From Octopus sinensis (Eukaryota): 64,000 nt of DNA. The stretch is taken from positions 1 through 64,000 of the forward strand of contig NW_021835480.1 of assembly GCF_006345805.1 (NCBI RefSeq). Reading direction: 5' to 3'. The notes under the pieces were generated by a model. That model was not told where the DNA came from, made no database searches, and worked only from the letters and a program-made list of their open reading frames with translations. Below are positions 11,749 to 24,269 of the stretch, piece by piece. Each line of letters starts with the position of its first letter. Position 1 is the first letter of the stretch. The translations under genes were made by a program, and so were the position numbers.

Positions 11749-13615
11749 ATATATTTTATCAATCCTAGGTGGAATGAAAGAAATATATTGATTTGAGCGG
11801 TGTTTGAACTTCAGGCGATGAATACCGGAACAAATATCTCGAAGTATTTTGTCTACTAAATCTAATTGCTCTGCCATTTATACTAACATTACATATATTT
11901 TTTTATTTTTTTAATTGCCACTTTATTTCCTTTGGGTGATTGATGCCAGCCTGAAACATACCGTTGATACACCATCACCACTACTACCGCTACCACCACC
12001 ACCGGCCATGGATTTTAACTTATGTTGGCTATTGCTTTCTGTATGATTATCGTTGATGATACCATCACTATCACCATCATCATAAGCAACAACAGCAGCA
12101 GCGGCCCAAGAATTTGGACTTGGAGATCTCCATTTCCAGCGACTTCGAGGGCCACCTCCCAGTGGTGTCGGGCGTCAACGAAAAGCCCTCGACTACAACA
12201 AGACTACTAAAGTTGTTTTTTTTTTCCAAGGTCTGGGGTCTCCCGCCCCTAAGCCATAGACCATCACCTAATCACCCTTACCAGTTTTGTTGCTTAAAAA
12301 GAAAAAAATATGCAACAGCAGTAAACATCACCACTACTACCACCGCCGCCGCCACCCCCATCATCAACATCATCATCATCATTATCAAACTCATCATCAG
12401 CATAATCATCGTCGTCGTAGCCATCATCATCATCATCGTCGTCGTCGTAAATTTCAAACCACTTTTGAACAAATAAAATATTGATAGTGATGATAATGGT
12501 TAATGGTAGTGAGATAATGGTAATGACGACGATGACGATGACGACGATGAATCATGATGATGACACCGACGACGACAACGACGATGAAGACGATGACCAC
12601 CGCTGCATTGATGCATTTGTATTCCAAATTACATCCAAGCATTGATGTAAAACGACGACTTGAATGTCAACAATTGAAACAAGAACCAAAATTCCAATAT
12701 AGAAACAACACGATTTAGTCGATGATTATTCTTATTCTTGTGGTTATACTTATTATTGTCGCTGTTAATTTTTAATGTTTTCTATCCAACATTGTTCTTC
12801 TCCTTACTGTCATCGTGGTTGTTGTTATCGTTGTTGATGCTGTTCCTGATGTCGTTAAGTTACTTTCGTTGCCGTACTTATTGTAGTTGTCCTTGAGGTT
12901 CTTTTGTTTCTCTTTTTTCTAAATTCTGTGGTTATATACTCGCTTCTTTGTATATGCAGTGATGATGCTGTGGTTCTTGCTGCTGTAGTCGTTGCTGCTA
13001 TGTCTGTTTCTTGTTGTTTGTGATGGAGCTTTAGATGCGGTTGTTGTAGTTGTTGATGTTTTCTGCCATAAAGGCAGGTTTACATCAAACTGAAGCCCGG
13101 TCACGTTCTGGACAGCTCATCAGCGTCTTTTCCGATCACATCTAATGTGGCAAGAGCGAACGATTACAAGGCTAAGCTCATTGAGGTTGAGGGCGGTAGA
13201 GGTTATGAATTTATTTTGTTTGTTAGTTTGTTTGTTCTTGTTATTTTCTGACATTAGCATACAAATCAAAAACCGAGGCCTTCCACTGTCCAATTGATCT
13301 TATAGATCTAGTGAGGCGAAGAGAATAAAAATAGAAATAGAAGAAAAAAATGAAAATAAAAGATATATATCCATGTGTGAGTTTGTATGCATGTATGTAT
13401 ATATGTGTGTATATATATACATGTATGTACATATGTATATATATATATATATATACCTATATAGATACATTTATATGCATATATTTATACACACATAGAT
13501 GTATATATATATATATACATGCATTATGTATATGTGTGTGTATATATATATATTTAGACATACATACACACTTTCACATACGTGTGCAATATATGCATAT
13601 ATATATTTATACATA

Positions 13616-13646
<31 letters not shown>

Positions 13647-13685
13647 ATATATATGCATAGGTATATATAAATGTATATATATTTG

Positions 13686-13734
<49 letters not shown>

Positions 13735-13915
13735 GCATACATACATAAATACATATATATATATACATATATAAATACATACATATATACATATATATGC
13801 ATATATACACACATATATATATATACATATATATATATGCACACATATATACATATATATATGTACATACATACATACATACATACATGCATACATACAT
13901 ACATACATACATACA

Positions 13916-13947
<32 letters not shown>

Positions 13948-14744
13948 CATACATACATACATGTGTGTGTTTGTATGAATGCATGTATGTATGTCATGAA
14001 ATGAAATATTCCAGGTTCTGACCTCTGCTCGTGAGATTTACAATAGGATAAGTCCCCAACGCAAGATAAAAGCAACGACAGCAAATGGCAATACAAAGCA
14101 TCGAATAGGTGGGTGGGTTCACAAAACCGTTAGGACATCAGACAAAATGCCTTGTCATATTTCTCCAGTATCTTTACTCGCTGTGTTCAAATTTCTCTTA
14201 TGTCAACTATTCTTGTTGTCTGCCTGGTGTGGGTGGAATAAGTATCAGTCAATTTGTACCGTCGAAATAATAGCTTGCGTCCTCGCTAAAAATATCTGGC
14301 CTTGTGTCTGTGCAAGAAATTATTATTGCTTTGACTACTGACCTGTTTATGCGTACAGTAATTGTTGCTTGTTAGATATTTAGGGATTCGTTTTTTGTGC
14401 TATGAACTATGAAACCAGGAGGCTGTTAGTTTTTGGGGGGCTCAGAGAATCCACAGAAATTTTCTCTCTTCGAAAACATTTTTTCATATTATTGAAAGTG
14501 TTAATTTCGCCAGCTAACCAGCAAAAAGGAAGTCGGGCCGTAGAGGGTATCACACAAATACTCACCAATACCAAAAACAGCTTCTTGGGTCTAGCATTTT
14601 CCGTTCATTCGCCAATGCAGGAAAAGACTGGTCGAACAATAACAACACATCAAGGAAATATAGCCACCAACGTCGCCAACACTACTACCAACAATAATAA
14701 CAAAAGCAATGTTTGAGAGCATGGAAATATTAACGACAACACTA

Positions 14745-15256
14745 CCTTAAATCCTCGAGTATAATCCGCATTTTTTTCCCCAAAATGTAAAGGTCAAAAT
14801 CCCTAGTACGTACTATATACAGGGTTAAAAATGAAAATTATTTTCTAAGCAATGTCCGAGTCTCTATTTGCTGTCCGGCAATGTTTATTCAGACGCATTT
14901 TGTGATGTCGGGCGCGAAAATACCTTCAGCTAAGCCTGAAAGCAATGAAGTCATAAAAGAATCGTCCATAATTACAGTAAACAACATTTATTAAACATTA
15001 TTACTGTTATTTCTTTATTTTCTACAAACAAAATGCACAAAAATGCTACACGTTTGCATTATGTTATATGTACAATAATAATAAAGGGCGTTACCTAATA
15101 CATTTTTATAAACCAAGGACGTTATATAGACCTCCTTGACTCAAGTTAGAGAAGGGGTGCGTATTATACATAAGGTTTAGGTTTTTCAGAGGTACATCTC
15201 CCTAAAAATCCCCTACGTATTATACTCAAGGGCGGACTATACTCAAGGATTTACGG
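14745..15256. mobile_element. MITE of the Tc1/mariner (pogo-like) superfamily
   Basis: TIRs CCTTAAATCCTCGAGTATAATCCGC / GCGGACTATACTCAAGGATTTACGG, TA dinucleotide on both sides, no ORF. Confidence 0.8.
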
Positions 15257-16024
15257 TAAATGAAAAAGGCAATATTAATCACAACATGAAATTGATTTGC
15301 AGAAACAACACAAAAAAAATTTTAAGAAACAAGTACACCGCCACAGCTACTCTGATCGTTAAAATAGAACCGGTTAATAAAATTGCTTCTATCAGCAACG
15401 GCAGCAGCTCTTCCAACACTACAATTACCGTCATCATCACGACCAAATGCGACTCTCTTGCCTCCTACGTTCACAACAATGTAACCACAAATATAAATGT
15501 GGTAATATCTTTCGTTGCGCCAATGCTAACGTGGGTTTACGAGTGTTTGAAAAAGAAGAAACACATGTATACAAAAAAATTGTTCAATGGGGCCCAAGCT
15601 GCTCGAACTGACGAGAGCAAGAAAATAGTTATACAAATAAGGTTCCTGAGGTATAGATATGTTAATAAAGAGATATAGATATGTTAATAAAGAGACTGGA
15701 TTTCCAGACAGCCCCAGCCAAGATTGAGCAAGAAATTGTATGCAGAAAGTGTGAGATTTTATATGTCAGATGAGAAAGGCAATAGAATATGATAGAGTGG
15801 CCTGAATGATTAGAGGAATATTAAGAGAGCCAGGTATCCCTACATATATGCTTCTCTGGGGAATATTTATTTGTGCCGGTATATATGGGATAAGTGACTA
15901 AAATGAGTTTCAAAATGTTTCCACCAGAAATAAACGCTAAAAGTTCTACTATGACCTTCGAGTATGTAGAAGTAATCAGCACGAAATCTTCTCCATACAA
16001 AGTGATTTGTTAAGAATGTGTGTG

Positions 16025-16440
16025 AAGGCGGCGACCTGGCAGAAACATGAGCACGCCGGGCGAAATGCGTAGCCGTATTTCGCCTGCCGTTACGTTCTGA
16101 GTTCAAATTCCGCCGAGGTCGACTTTGCCTTTCATCCTTTCGGGGTCGATTAAATAAGTACCAGTTACGCACTGGGGTCGATATAATCGACTTAATCCGT
16201 TTGTCTCTCCTTGTTTGTCCTCTCTGTGTTTAGCCCCCTGTGGGTAGTAAAGAAATAGGTATTTCTTCTGCCGTTACGGTCTGAGTTCAAATTACGCCGA
16301 GGTCGACTTTGCTTTTCATCCTTTCGGGGCCGATAAATTAAGTACCAGTTACGCACTGGGGCCGATGTAATCGACTTAATCCCAATGTCTGTCCTTACTT
16401 GTCTCCTCTATGTTTAGCCCCTTGCGGGCAATAAAGAAAT
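16025..16440 (+). mobile_element. SINE family C dimer
   Basis: Head plus two bodies; 16-bp TSD AAGAATRTGTGTGAAG at 16012-16027 and 16441-16456. Confidence 0.85.
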
Positions 16441-18310
16441 AAGAATATGTGTGAAGACGCTGCTTGCTTACCCCAGGCAGTATGATAAATAAGCTCCGAC
16501 TTGATCTACTTTGATAGAGGGGATCCAATAAGAATTTTGATATAGTGTAGTCAGGTACTGGACCTTCTGTAGCACTAACCAGCAGAGAGCTTGCTGTCTT
16601 CAACAAACATGGGCGAAAGCCTCTTTTCTCCCGAGAGAGCAATCACAATAACAACAACTGCAGCACCAACATCACAACCAAAAAAAGTATCAGTGACAAC
16701 AGCAGGCGAAAACAAAATAAAAGTGCCACAGACACCACAATCACAAGGACACGAACACTAACACAATACAAACACAAATAGTTACCACTGAGTTTCGACA
16801 AAGATACGTAGAGCCGGAAAGTGGCATACTGCCTACATGAGAGACAAAAATATTTCCAAACCAACGAAGAATACTTGACGATAGATCATAGTTGAAACCT
16901 TTCTGAAGACGAAGGCTAATTTAGTTCCCTTTGAACTGCTCAGACAAATCGTACAAGCGGAACGCTGGTGACACTGAGATACTTGCTGAAAGCAGAAAAG
17001 GGTTTCCACAAATACGATATCTTTACTTACTATCAGCAGAGGAATTTCAACAGTTTCTGCTCAGGGCAAAGCAGTTTATTTCTTATTTCATCGGATCTGG
17101 CTCTAAGCTATATTCGTCGTGAAGATCTCCCACCGCAAACTTTTATCAAAACTGGGCATGTAGTCTTCCTGTGTTGGCTATGGTGAAAAGGCTGTGAGGC
17201 GTACGAAGCTACGAGGTTTGAGAGCTGACACCCTTTTCTTCGCTCAAGCCCTCTTAACTTTATTTCAAGTTCCACTTGTAAAGAAATTGAGGTTAGAGAA
17301 ATAAGTGCTCGCCTCCAGAGAATATGTAAAATGGTGGGAGTCTGTGGCGAAAATAGTGTGTATGAAATGGCTTTAAGTAGTCGTCTGTACACGCGGGATC
17401 AACATTTGGGTGAGGGACCGTGCTGTTAATTGTTAGAGTTATAATGGGCTTGTGGGGTTCCTTGATTAGCTCTAGCTGGAGAAACTCTCTATCAAGAGAG
17501 CCGCATCATCAATGTACCCATATATTGTGTACACTTTGTATACATCTATCTCAATCGATCCCTCCTCCTCCTCCTCTTTCGGTCCTCTCATCATTATAAT
17601 GTAGACCCCACACATAAATCGTAACCTGGCCTTGCCCACCCACTTCATTTGATGCCCCGGTGGTAAATAAAAGAAATACTTCGTCCACATTTTTATTATT
17701 TTATCATTATTTTTGTTCTGTTATTGTCGCTTTTGTAGTTTCCGTTGTTATCGCTATGCGTTATATCAAAATGTTGTCTCTCTCTGAAATATAACAAATA
17801 GAACATTATCTATTTATCTAATGTTTTGTTTTGTGTTTTTTATAATTGATATATGTATTTATTTATTCATTCATTCATCGATTCTGTCATTCTGCAATTC
17901 AGCCATTCAGCCATTCATTGTAACATATCGGACATTTACTCAACCTTAAATGTGACCTGCTGAAACAATCAATAAGAATGCGTAACAAAGGTCTTTCTAT
18001 GCATATAACTATTGTAGCCTCTTCACGTTGTCAACGTCCACATACATACTGATTGCCTGTATGCCGCCTCGTCTATTGAACTACTTACTGTCATTGGCTA
18101 AGAAAATCGATAGTATTGATTAAGCTTCCAGCGAACAGTATGGTCAGACGGTACTTCTGGTATTTCTTTTTTTACATTTTTTGTTTCCTTTCTTTGGTAC
18201 GAAGAATTCATAAGCCAGAGGTCATTCAAAGCAGTTTTTGTTTGAATGGTTTTGTTAACTAACTCTGAAGAGGGACAGACAACACAACGTTGCAAGCGTG
18301 CACACGCACA

Positions 18311-18362
<52 letters not shown>

Positions 18363-18629
18363 TTTGTAAACAGAAACTCGTCATACATATATGTGTGTGT
18401 GGTGTGTGTGTGGTGCATGCTTGTGGCTGTCTGTCATCCAAGACGATTGACAACAGCTGTTGGTGTGTTTACGTCCCCCGTTACTTAACGCTTCGGCAAT
18501 AAAGTATAGGCACCAGGCTTTAAAAATTAACAACTGAACTAAAATACTTCAATGAAGTGCCCCAGCTGAAACAAGTAAAAAAATAACAGAATATATATGT
18601 GTGTGTGTGTGCGTGTTTATGTATATATG

Positions 18630-18665
<36 letters not shown>

Positions 18666-18919
18666 TGTGTGTATGTGTGTGTGCGTGTGTATGTGTCTAT
18701 GACTTATAATAATATATCAGAATATTTTATTCTCCGATTTGAAGCGACAATTTATAAATACTAAAAATTACTGAACAATGATGAGCTAATCCCAGCCAGA
18801 ACCGAACCCACAAATCAACGATAACATGGCTCCTTGCGCATCCGATTGGGTCAAACGTTCACCCATCAATTACAGCCAAGTTTAGTTAATATATACTTAA
18901 ACTGTTTAATACAACGCAT

Positions 18920-19080
18920 AATTTTTGTAAACAAACGTGGATGGCTTAGTAAGTTACTGAGAGAAAGCTACTATGGAAGGCTTATAGTATAATAATAATA
19001 AAAACCATTATACTATGGGCCTTCCATAGTAGCTTTTTCTCCGAAACTTGCATATCCATTCGCGTTTGTTTACAAATATT
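18920..19080 (+). repeat. 160-bp fold-back with a 28-bp inner stem
   Basis: 18966-18993 pairs with 19007-19034 (26 Watson-Crick plus 2 G.U) around a 13-nt loop; outer arms TTTGTAAACAAACG / CGTTTGTTTACAAA. Confidence 0.85.
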
Positions 19081-19084
19081 ATAC

Positions 19085-19503
19085 ATAGGCGCAGGAGTGG
19101 CTGTGTGGTAAGTAGCTTGCTAACCAACCACATAGTTCCGGGTTCAGTCCCACTGCGTGGCACCTTGGGCAAGTGTCTTCTACTATAGCCTCGGGCCAAC
19201 CAAAGCCTTGTGAGTGGATTTGGTAGACGGAAACTGAAAAGAAGCCCGTCGTATATACGTATATATGTGTATATGTGTGCGTGTATGTATGTGTGTCTGT
19301 GTTTGTCCCCCTAGCATTGCTTGACAACCGATGTTGGTGTGTTTATGTCCCCGTTACTTAGCGTTTCGGCAAAAGAGACCGATAGAATAAGTACTGGGCT
19401 TACAAAAGAATAAGTCCCGGGGTCGAGTCGCTCGATTAAAGGCGGTGCTCCAGCATGGCCGCAGTCAAATGACTGAAACAAGTAAAAGAGAAAAAGAGAA
19501 AGA
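19085..19503 (+). mobile_element. SINE family B, full length
   Basis: Runs from the ATAGGCGCAGGAGTGGCTGTGTGG head through an internal (TA/TG)n tract to the GTAAAAGAG tail. Confidence 0.85.
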
Positions 19504-19523
19504 GAATATATACACACACACAT

Positions 19524-19571
<48 letters not shown>

Positions 19572-19888
19572 GAGAGAGACGGAGGGAGAAAGCATGCATT
19601 GCATGGCCACGACATACAAATTACACTCGCCAGAAAACATATTTATGCCTTCATTACTCGGAGTTTCAGAGCACGTGAAACACGTGAATAATCGTTCAAA
19701 GGTCCGCTTTAATCCTATGAAAATAAGAGCAATTATATCATATGCCAACTATTTACTCATCCACTTAAATGTGTGTGGCGGTGGATGCGTGCTTGCGTGC
19801 ATGTCTGAACGCCTGCATGTGTGTACATCTTTAATCTGTTTTACTTGCGTGTTAATCTCTCTCTCCCTCCACCCTCTCTCTCTCTCTC

Positions 19889-19919
<31 letters not shown>

Positions 19920-20300
19920 TACATGTACATACAAGTACACATATTTTGAGTTCTATTTTTCCTGTTTGCACCAACATACGTGTACATACATACATACATA
20001 CATACGTACGTACATACATACATACATACATACGTACATACGTACATACATACATACATATGTATACATGCATATATATATATATATATATATATATAAG
20101 GGTAATGGTCCTTCGATGGAATTTTTGAATATTTTAATGCAATGCTACGCGCGTTTCCTGTATTCCGTAGTATCCATGAACATCAAGTGGATCATGTTCA
20201 TGCATTCATTTCTTCAGGCAAAATAGCATTAACTTATAAGGAGATGGGATGTGATGCTGGACTTATTTTCCTATTTGAGTCTGCAAATGTCAGGATGGGT

Positions 20301-20952
20301 AGTATGGTTATTTTGTTTGATCAGGTTCACTGCAGGCCCCTCCTCAATAGATTCAGTAGTCGAATAAACAGGTACAGCCATCAAGTTGGATATATTTATC
20401 CTACATTATATCTATTTCTTTACTACCCACAAGGGGCTAAACACAGAGGGAACAAACAAGGACAGACAAACGAATTAAGTCGATTATTCGACCCCAGTGC
20501 GTAACTGGTACTTATTTAGTATGGTTATTTTGTTTGATCATGTTCACTGCAGGCCCCTCCTCAATAGATTCAGTAGTCGAATAAACAGGTACAGCCATCA
20601 AGTTGGATATATTTATCCTACATTATATCTATTTCTTTACTACCCACAAGGGGCTAAACACAGAGGGAACAAACAAGGACAGACAAACGAATTAAGTCGA
20701 TTATTCGACCCCAGTGCGTAACTGGTACTTATTTAGTATGGTTATTTTGTTTGATCATGTTCGCTGCAGGCCCCTCCTCAATAGATTCAGTATTCGAATA
20801 AACAGGTACAGCCATCAAGTTGGATATATTTATCCTACATTATATCTATTTCTTTACTACCCACAAGGGGCTAAACACAGAGGGGACAAGCAAGGACAGA
20901 CAAACGGATTAAGTCGATTATATCGACCCCAGTGCGTAATTGGTACTTATTT
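20301..20952. repeat. Tandem triplication, 217-bp period, of flank plus SINE C 3' end
   Basis: Units start at 20301, 20518 and 20735 and differ by a few substitutions. Confidence 0.9.
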
Positions 20953-21077
20953 AATCGACCCCGACAGGATGAAAGGCAAAGTCGACCTCGGTGGAATTTG
21001 AACTCAGAACGCAGCGGCAGACGAAATACCGCTAAGCATTTTGCCCGGCGTGCTAACGTTTCTGCCAGCTCGCCACC
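20847..21077 (-). mobile_element. SINE family C monomer
   Basis: 17-bp TSD TTATCCTACATTATATC at 20830-20846 and 21078-21094. Confidence 0.85.
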
Positions 21078-21680
21078 TTATCCTACATTATATCAACACA
21101 GCTCGGTGTGACCCCAAAAACCTGGTATCGCCAGTTAGCATCATTAAGTTGTAGTCGGCATAATAGAATAGGAGCTTTTATATACGTATTGAAAGCGTTT
21201 CCCGTAAAGGAAATTAAAGGATACATATATTGTGGAAGGTTCCCAACCACCACCAAGTGACTAAAATGGACTGAAACATTGCTATAAAATAAAGAACTGT
21301 CAGCAATTGGAGGTAAGCAGTCCACTGTGAGCCGTTGTAACAGTAATCGTAATGCGTCATGTAAATACTTTGTGTCCTCTTGCTTCGTTAAATAACATGC
21401 CGGCAGGAAAATAACATCATTGGGTGAGACAGGCTGACACTGAAGTAGCTTCGCTGATTGATAGGCGACGGTCTCATTTTGAGAATGCGTGGGCTAAGAC
21501 TACGTGCCCTCCATTGGTCAGTAAAAGTTTAGACGTGACAACTTTTGGGGCTACCCGCTGGAGATTAGCAGCGGGTATTTAAAGGGAAATTTGACAAGAC
21601 AGTCAGTCGCCTGCTGACACTCGTTGACGCTACATCGAAGAGACCAGGATACAGAAGAAAGAAGACTTGCACTCAACACT

Positions 21681-21772
21681 AGAGCTGAAGACACCTCCTC
21701 CGAAAGGTGGGGGTTGGGCGCCACGTCAAAACGGTAGAGGAGTAGGGGCCGAAACCGGACGTGGTCCTCTTG
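21681..21772 (+). ncRNA. Possible atypical or decayed hammerhead with enlarged stem II region
   Basis: AGAG-CTGAAGA-(59 nt)-GAAA-CCG(GACG)TGG-TC^CTCT. Stem I (4 bp) and stem III pair and the cleavage triplet is GUC, but the base of stem II is non-canonical. Confidence 0.3.
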
Positions 21773-22105
21773 ATAATGTCTTGAGCTAACTGGATCCTAT
21801 AAAGGAGCTGTTGAGGTAGCAGACCATGAAACATATCCTTAAATCTTTAAAAATGTTTTAGCCCGAAGGCCGCGGCCATGCTGGGGCTCCCTAATTCCAT
21901 CACCAAGATATTAAAGTATAGTAAACAAGTGAGATCTAGATACGCTCGATATATAAATCACGTAGTGTTGCTCAAATGGTTTGATCATAAACTCCTCAGT
22001 CTTTATCGATGACCAGATCGACGGGTTAAGGAGTGGTTATAAGAGAAATTCAAATGAGCTGATATGGGGATAGTGATGGAGATAAGCATGATTAGGCTTG
22101 ATATA

Positions 22106-22615
22106 CAGGTTGTCCCAACAGTCACTGATGGGTTTTAATTTTTAATAACTTCGTTAACCTTACAAATAAATGCATGGTATTTTGATACAATATAAAGACA
22201 TAATGGAAATTAATATGCACAAGTCAAATTTTGCAACACCACTACATCACATGAGAACTGACTTCGCTTAAATGACAGCCATTTTCGGCTTCGCACGTCC
22301 GTGCTCTTTCCAAAACTGATGCCATAACACCCTCAAGAGTTTTAGACCCCATTTCTCTAATTTCTCTTTTGATGCTCTCTGTCAGGTGCACCAAGGTTTC
22401 CGGTTTGTTGACATTAACCCTCTTTTTCAGATGTCCCCACAAGAAAAATCAGCGCTAGTCAAGTCTGGGGAACGTGAAGAGGACTTGACATTGCCATAGC
22501 TGGAGATTGTTCTCTCTCCAATGCATTGCCGTTGCAACTGCACTGTTTCTCTTGCGATATGAGCAGTTGCCCTATCTTGTTGGAAGAATGTGGCCGGGCG
22601 CAAAATGGTCTCAAT
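22106..22615 (-). mobile_element. Tc1/mariner transposase C-terminal remnant with one TIR
   Basis: FQQDRATAH...SRSPDLTSADF / WGHLKKRVNVNKP...NGCHL; TA-CAGGTTGTCCC terminus at 22104. Confidence 0.85.
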
Positions 22616-22805
22616 CATGGATACCAGAAAGAGAGGGTTTACGTCAACAAACCGGACACCCTGGTGCAACTGAGGGAGGACATCAATAGAGAAATCAGAC
22701 AAGTGAGTTCTGAAACTCTTGAAAGTGTTATGGTGCAAGTTTTGGAGAGAGAACGTGGGTGCGAAAATGGCTGCCATTTAAGCGATATCATTGATGACCA
22801 TTTCT
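22616..22805 (+). mobile_element. Second, inverted Tc1/mariner C-terminal fragment
   Basis: KERVYVNKPDTLVQLREDINREIRQV...ENGCHLSDII is homologous to the opposite-strand copy at 22242-22442. Confidence 0.75.
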
Positions 22806-24269
22806 AGAGTGTGGTAGAAAGCTTTGAAGAGATGGTATCTCCTTGCTTGACACACTTCTCAATTGGGACCCTTACTGATGGTGATAGCACAGCTATATCT
22901 GTTGTGCTTCCAGAATCCGCATCTCAGAGCAGTTATAAATGGCCTGCCCACCTAGCCAGCGGGGTAGCTTCATCAACAGTTAAATCAATGCCGTGAGTTG
23001 AGCCTCCGTATCCTACAAGTTGGGCTGCTCCGAGGCGGCGGAGCGAAATCCGAGAGACTACAGACTGCTAAGAATATCAGGTGTTAATAGATCGCCAAGT
23101 AATCGGATAACACACGACCGGGTACGTTTCGATGACTTTCGAAAAGGTGGAGGTGTTCTGAAAAGAAGCAGTAATTATATATTCGATAGCGATGAAAACA
23201 ATGTTGTTAAACAATGTAAAGTTTGAGCTCATCCAATTTTAAAAAGAGAATATGGTAATTTGATTAAACAGACGTATATACACATCCCCTCAGAAGAACC
23301 TCTGGTAATCCTTATGACTCCTAATCTCAAATCATATCAGTGGTAAAACTGTGAACAACAACTTAATTGGATGTGAACACATCAACAATAACATACGATA
23401 TTATCTGAATAATGGGGTCATAGTTCCTTGGAAATTAACAATCTAGAGATATTGAAAACATCATCTTACTCTTCCCTGTGTTTGTTTGGTCTCACCTTGA
23501 ATAGCACTACACCTTATGACCTTACACAACACTAACCATTATAAAACCTGAAGCATACTTGGGATGTATCACATAAAAATGAAAAGGTGGCGTGACAGGC
23601 CATATTTATTGGAATCACCTCAAAAAGCATTAACTCTATTTTCACCAAAGCCACCTTCATCATTTAAACAACGTGGAAAATATTCCATCATCCTCGCTCA
23701 AACGGTGTCGGTAACAAGTTTAGAAGTCAGCTAAGACTAGGCCGTCATGCCATAAACTCTTACAAAACCCAATACTTCATCACTTAACAGCATAACTAGA
23801 AGCCGTCTATTTATTTTATCTGGTTCATCTTTAATCAACATTGTCTTAAACGAAATCAATGAAGAAAAAGACCCCCAAAACATTCAGAAGGTATCTGGTC
23901 AAATTTCTCCAAGAAATTATCGACACCCGGATACATTTCTGCAACAATCTACTCCCAAATCTTGTTGGTGCTATTAAATTTGACATAAGCCAATTATGGT
24001 AGGTATTTTTTTAATAGAATTTTCATTACAATATGCATAGTGAAGGAAGTGAGTAGTCGTTCAATGACGACAAAATTTATAAAGAGTTAAAGTAGTAAAT
24101 TACTTGGTACTTTCAGCGCTGTTTTCACATACACACACGCAGAGAGTGAGAGAATGGTTGAAATCGATATCTTCTGTCGTCATTCTCGTATTATATCTTC
24201 CCGACTCAAATGCTCTCAACAATTCCTTGAAAGCGTTAACGTAAAAAAGATGCCAAATGAGAAAAAAAT

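Noticed and set aside
13100-13126. Minus-strand CTGATGAGCTGTCCAGAAC
   Set aside because: No GAAA, and no stem I or III consistent with a hammerhead.
16900-17460. Minus-strand CHQRSACTIC and weak PLE-like peptides
   Set aside because: Too degenerate to call without an HMM search; no GIY or YIG motif follows.
20301-20952. Regularly spaced repeats considered as a CRISPR-like array
   Set aside because: The units are whole 217-bp duplications without unique spacers, in eukaryotic DNA with no cas genes.
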